Of a DNA stretch of 64,000 nucleotides, positions 62,665-64,000 are shown piece after piece. Within the stretch, counting starts at the first letter, position 1. The number at the start of each line of letters is the position of its first letter. The notes beneath the pieces are model-generated. The model did no database searches and was not told the origin of the DNA. It saw nothing but the letters and a program-made list of their open reading frames with translations. The stretch spans positions 7,566,001-7,630,000 of the forward strand of contig CM075992.1 of NCBI GenBank assembly GCA_038087875.1, written 5' to 3'. The stretch is from Malacoraja senta (lineage: Eukaryota). Made by a program: the position numbers and the translations under genes.

Positions 62665-64000
62665 GAACACGGACAGAAAATCCAGGGTTTCTTCCAGGAT
62701 GATACCAACACCAGGAACATGTGGGAAGGCATCCGGGCCATAACAAACTACAAGGCCCCTCAGATGTCTTGTAAGGATGACACAGACTTTCTCAATGAAC
62801 TCAATAATCATTTCGGCAGGTTTGAGGCACTTAACACCACTATAGTGAGGAAATTAGAGCCTCAACCAGGAGAACAGACACTGTCTTTTGAAACTGCTGA
62901 AGTCCGCAGAATCCTGAAGGGCATTGACAAGCGAAAGGCAGCCGGACCGGATAACATACCGGGGCGTCTGCTTAGGGGATGTGCCGACCAGCTGGCCCTG
63001 GTTCTGACAGACATTTTTAACACCTCCCTGAACCAGGCCATTGTTCCATCATGTTTCAAGACAGCCACCATCATACCAGTTCCCAAAAAGTCCACAATAA
63101 CCTGCCTGAATGATTACCGCCCCGTAGCACTCACACCAATAATAATGAAGTGCTTTGAGAGGCTTATTAAGCAGTACATGGTCTCTAAACTCCCCTCCAG
63201 TTTTGACCCGTTCCAGTTTGCTTATCGCCCGAACCGCTCCACAGAGGATGCTATCTCCTCTGCAGTCCACCTGAGCCGACAACACCTGGAGGAGAAGAAC
63301 ACCAACGTGCAGATGCTGTTTGTTGACTTCAGCTCAGCATTCAATACGATAATCCCCCAGCATCTGGTGAGCAAACTGGCACCCCTAGGATTCAATACCA
63401 CACTATGCAACTGGATCCTGGATTTCCTTTCTGAAAGACCCCAGTCTGTGCGGGTGGGGAAGAACACCTCCTCGGTCATCACACTGAGCACCGGCTCCCC
63501 TCAGGGCTGTGTCCTGAGTCCGCTGCTCTTCACATTGATGACACATGACTGTGTCGCCAGGTCCACTACTAACCATATCATCAAATACGCGGATGACACA
63601 ACAGTAGTGGGCCTCATCCGCAACAACGACGACCAGGCATACAGAGAGGAGGTGGAGCAGCTGGTGAGCTGGTGCAGCAGGAACAACCTTCTCCTAAATG
63701 TGGACAAAACCAAGGAGATTGTCGTCGACTTCAGAAAGAAAAATCAGCCCAGTTACACTCCGCTGTGCATCAACAACTTAGCAGTGGAGCAGGTGAAAAG
63801 CATCAAGTTCCTGGGAGTGCATATAACGGATACCTTAACTTGAACTACAAACATCACATCTCTGGTAAAACGGGCACAGCAGCGTTTGTACTTCCTCCGC
63901 AGGATGAGAAGATCACACCTCCACCCTCACCACATTCTACAGAAGCACCATTGAATCAGTCATGACCAGCTGCATCTCTATGTGGTGCGGCGGCTGTACA
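62665..64000 (+). mobile_element. Rex1/Babar LINE reverse transcriptase region (in MVB12A intron, runs off window)
   Basis: 397-aa ORF: KAAGPDNIP, LNDYRPVALTPIIMKCFERL, DPFQFAYR, FVDFSSAFNTI, GSPQGCVLSPLLF, KYADDT, KFLG; premature TGA at 63841. Confidence 0.92.

Overview
Vertebrate genomic DNA, most likely an elasmobranch (skate, ray or shark), inferred from abundant HE1/V-SINE and HER1/CR1-type repeats. Two convergent spliced genes are present. On the + strand are the last 18 coding exons of the P5A-ATPase gene ATP13A1 (22..40332; all GT-AG, phases consistent; PPELP, DKTGTLT, KGAPE, TGDN and GDGTND motifs). On the - strand are the last 6 coding exons of the ESCRT-I subunit gene MVB12A (61084..47763). 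Introns and the intergenic gap are dense with transposable elements: CR1, L1, Tx1, Rex1/Babar, Penelope (Neptune-like), tRNA-derived V-SINEs, PIF/Harbinger-like MITEs and a hAT MITE. The most interesting signals are RNA-structural. (1) Two copies of a ~135-bp SINE-like retroposon (GAA tail, target-site duplication) begin with 54 nt that map element by element onto a minimal HDV/CPEB3-type self-cleaving ribozyme; both copies lie antisense to their host gene. (2) A high-copy Penelope-derived repeat carries a minimal hammerhead ribozyme core, often as fold-back dimers. Exon coordinates were read directly from the sequence; repeat boundaries are approximate. No database searches were run, so family names rest on recalled motifs.
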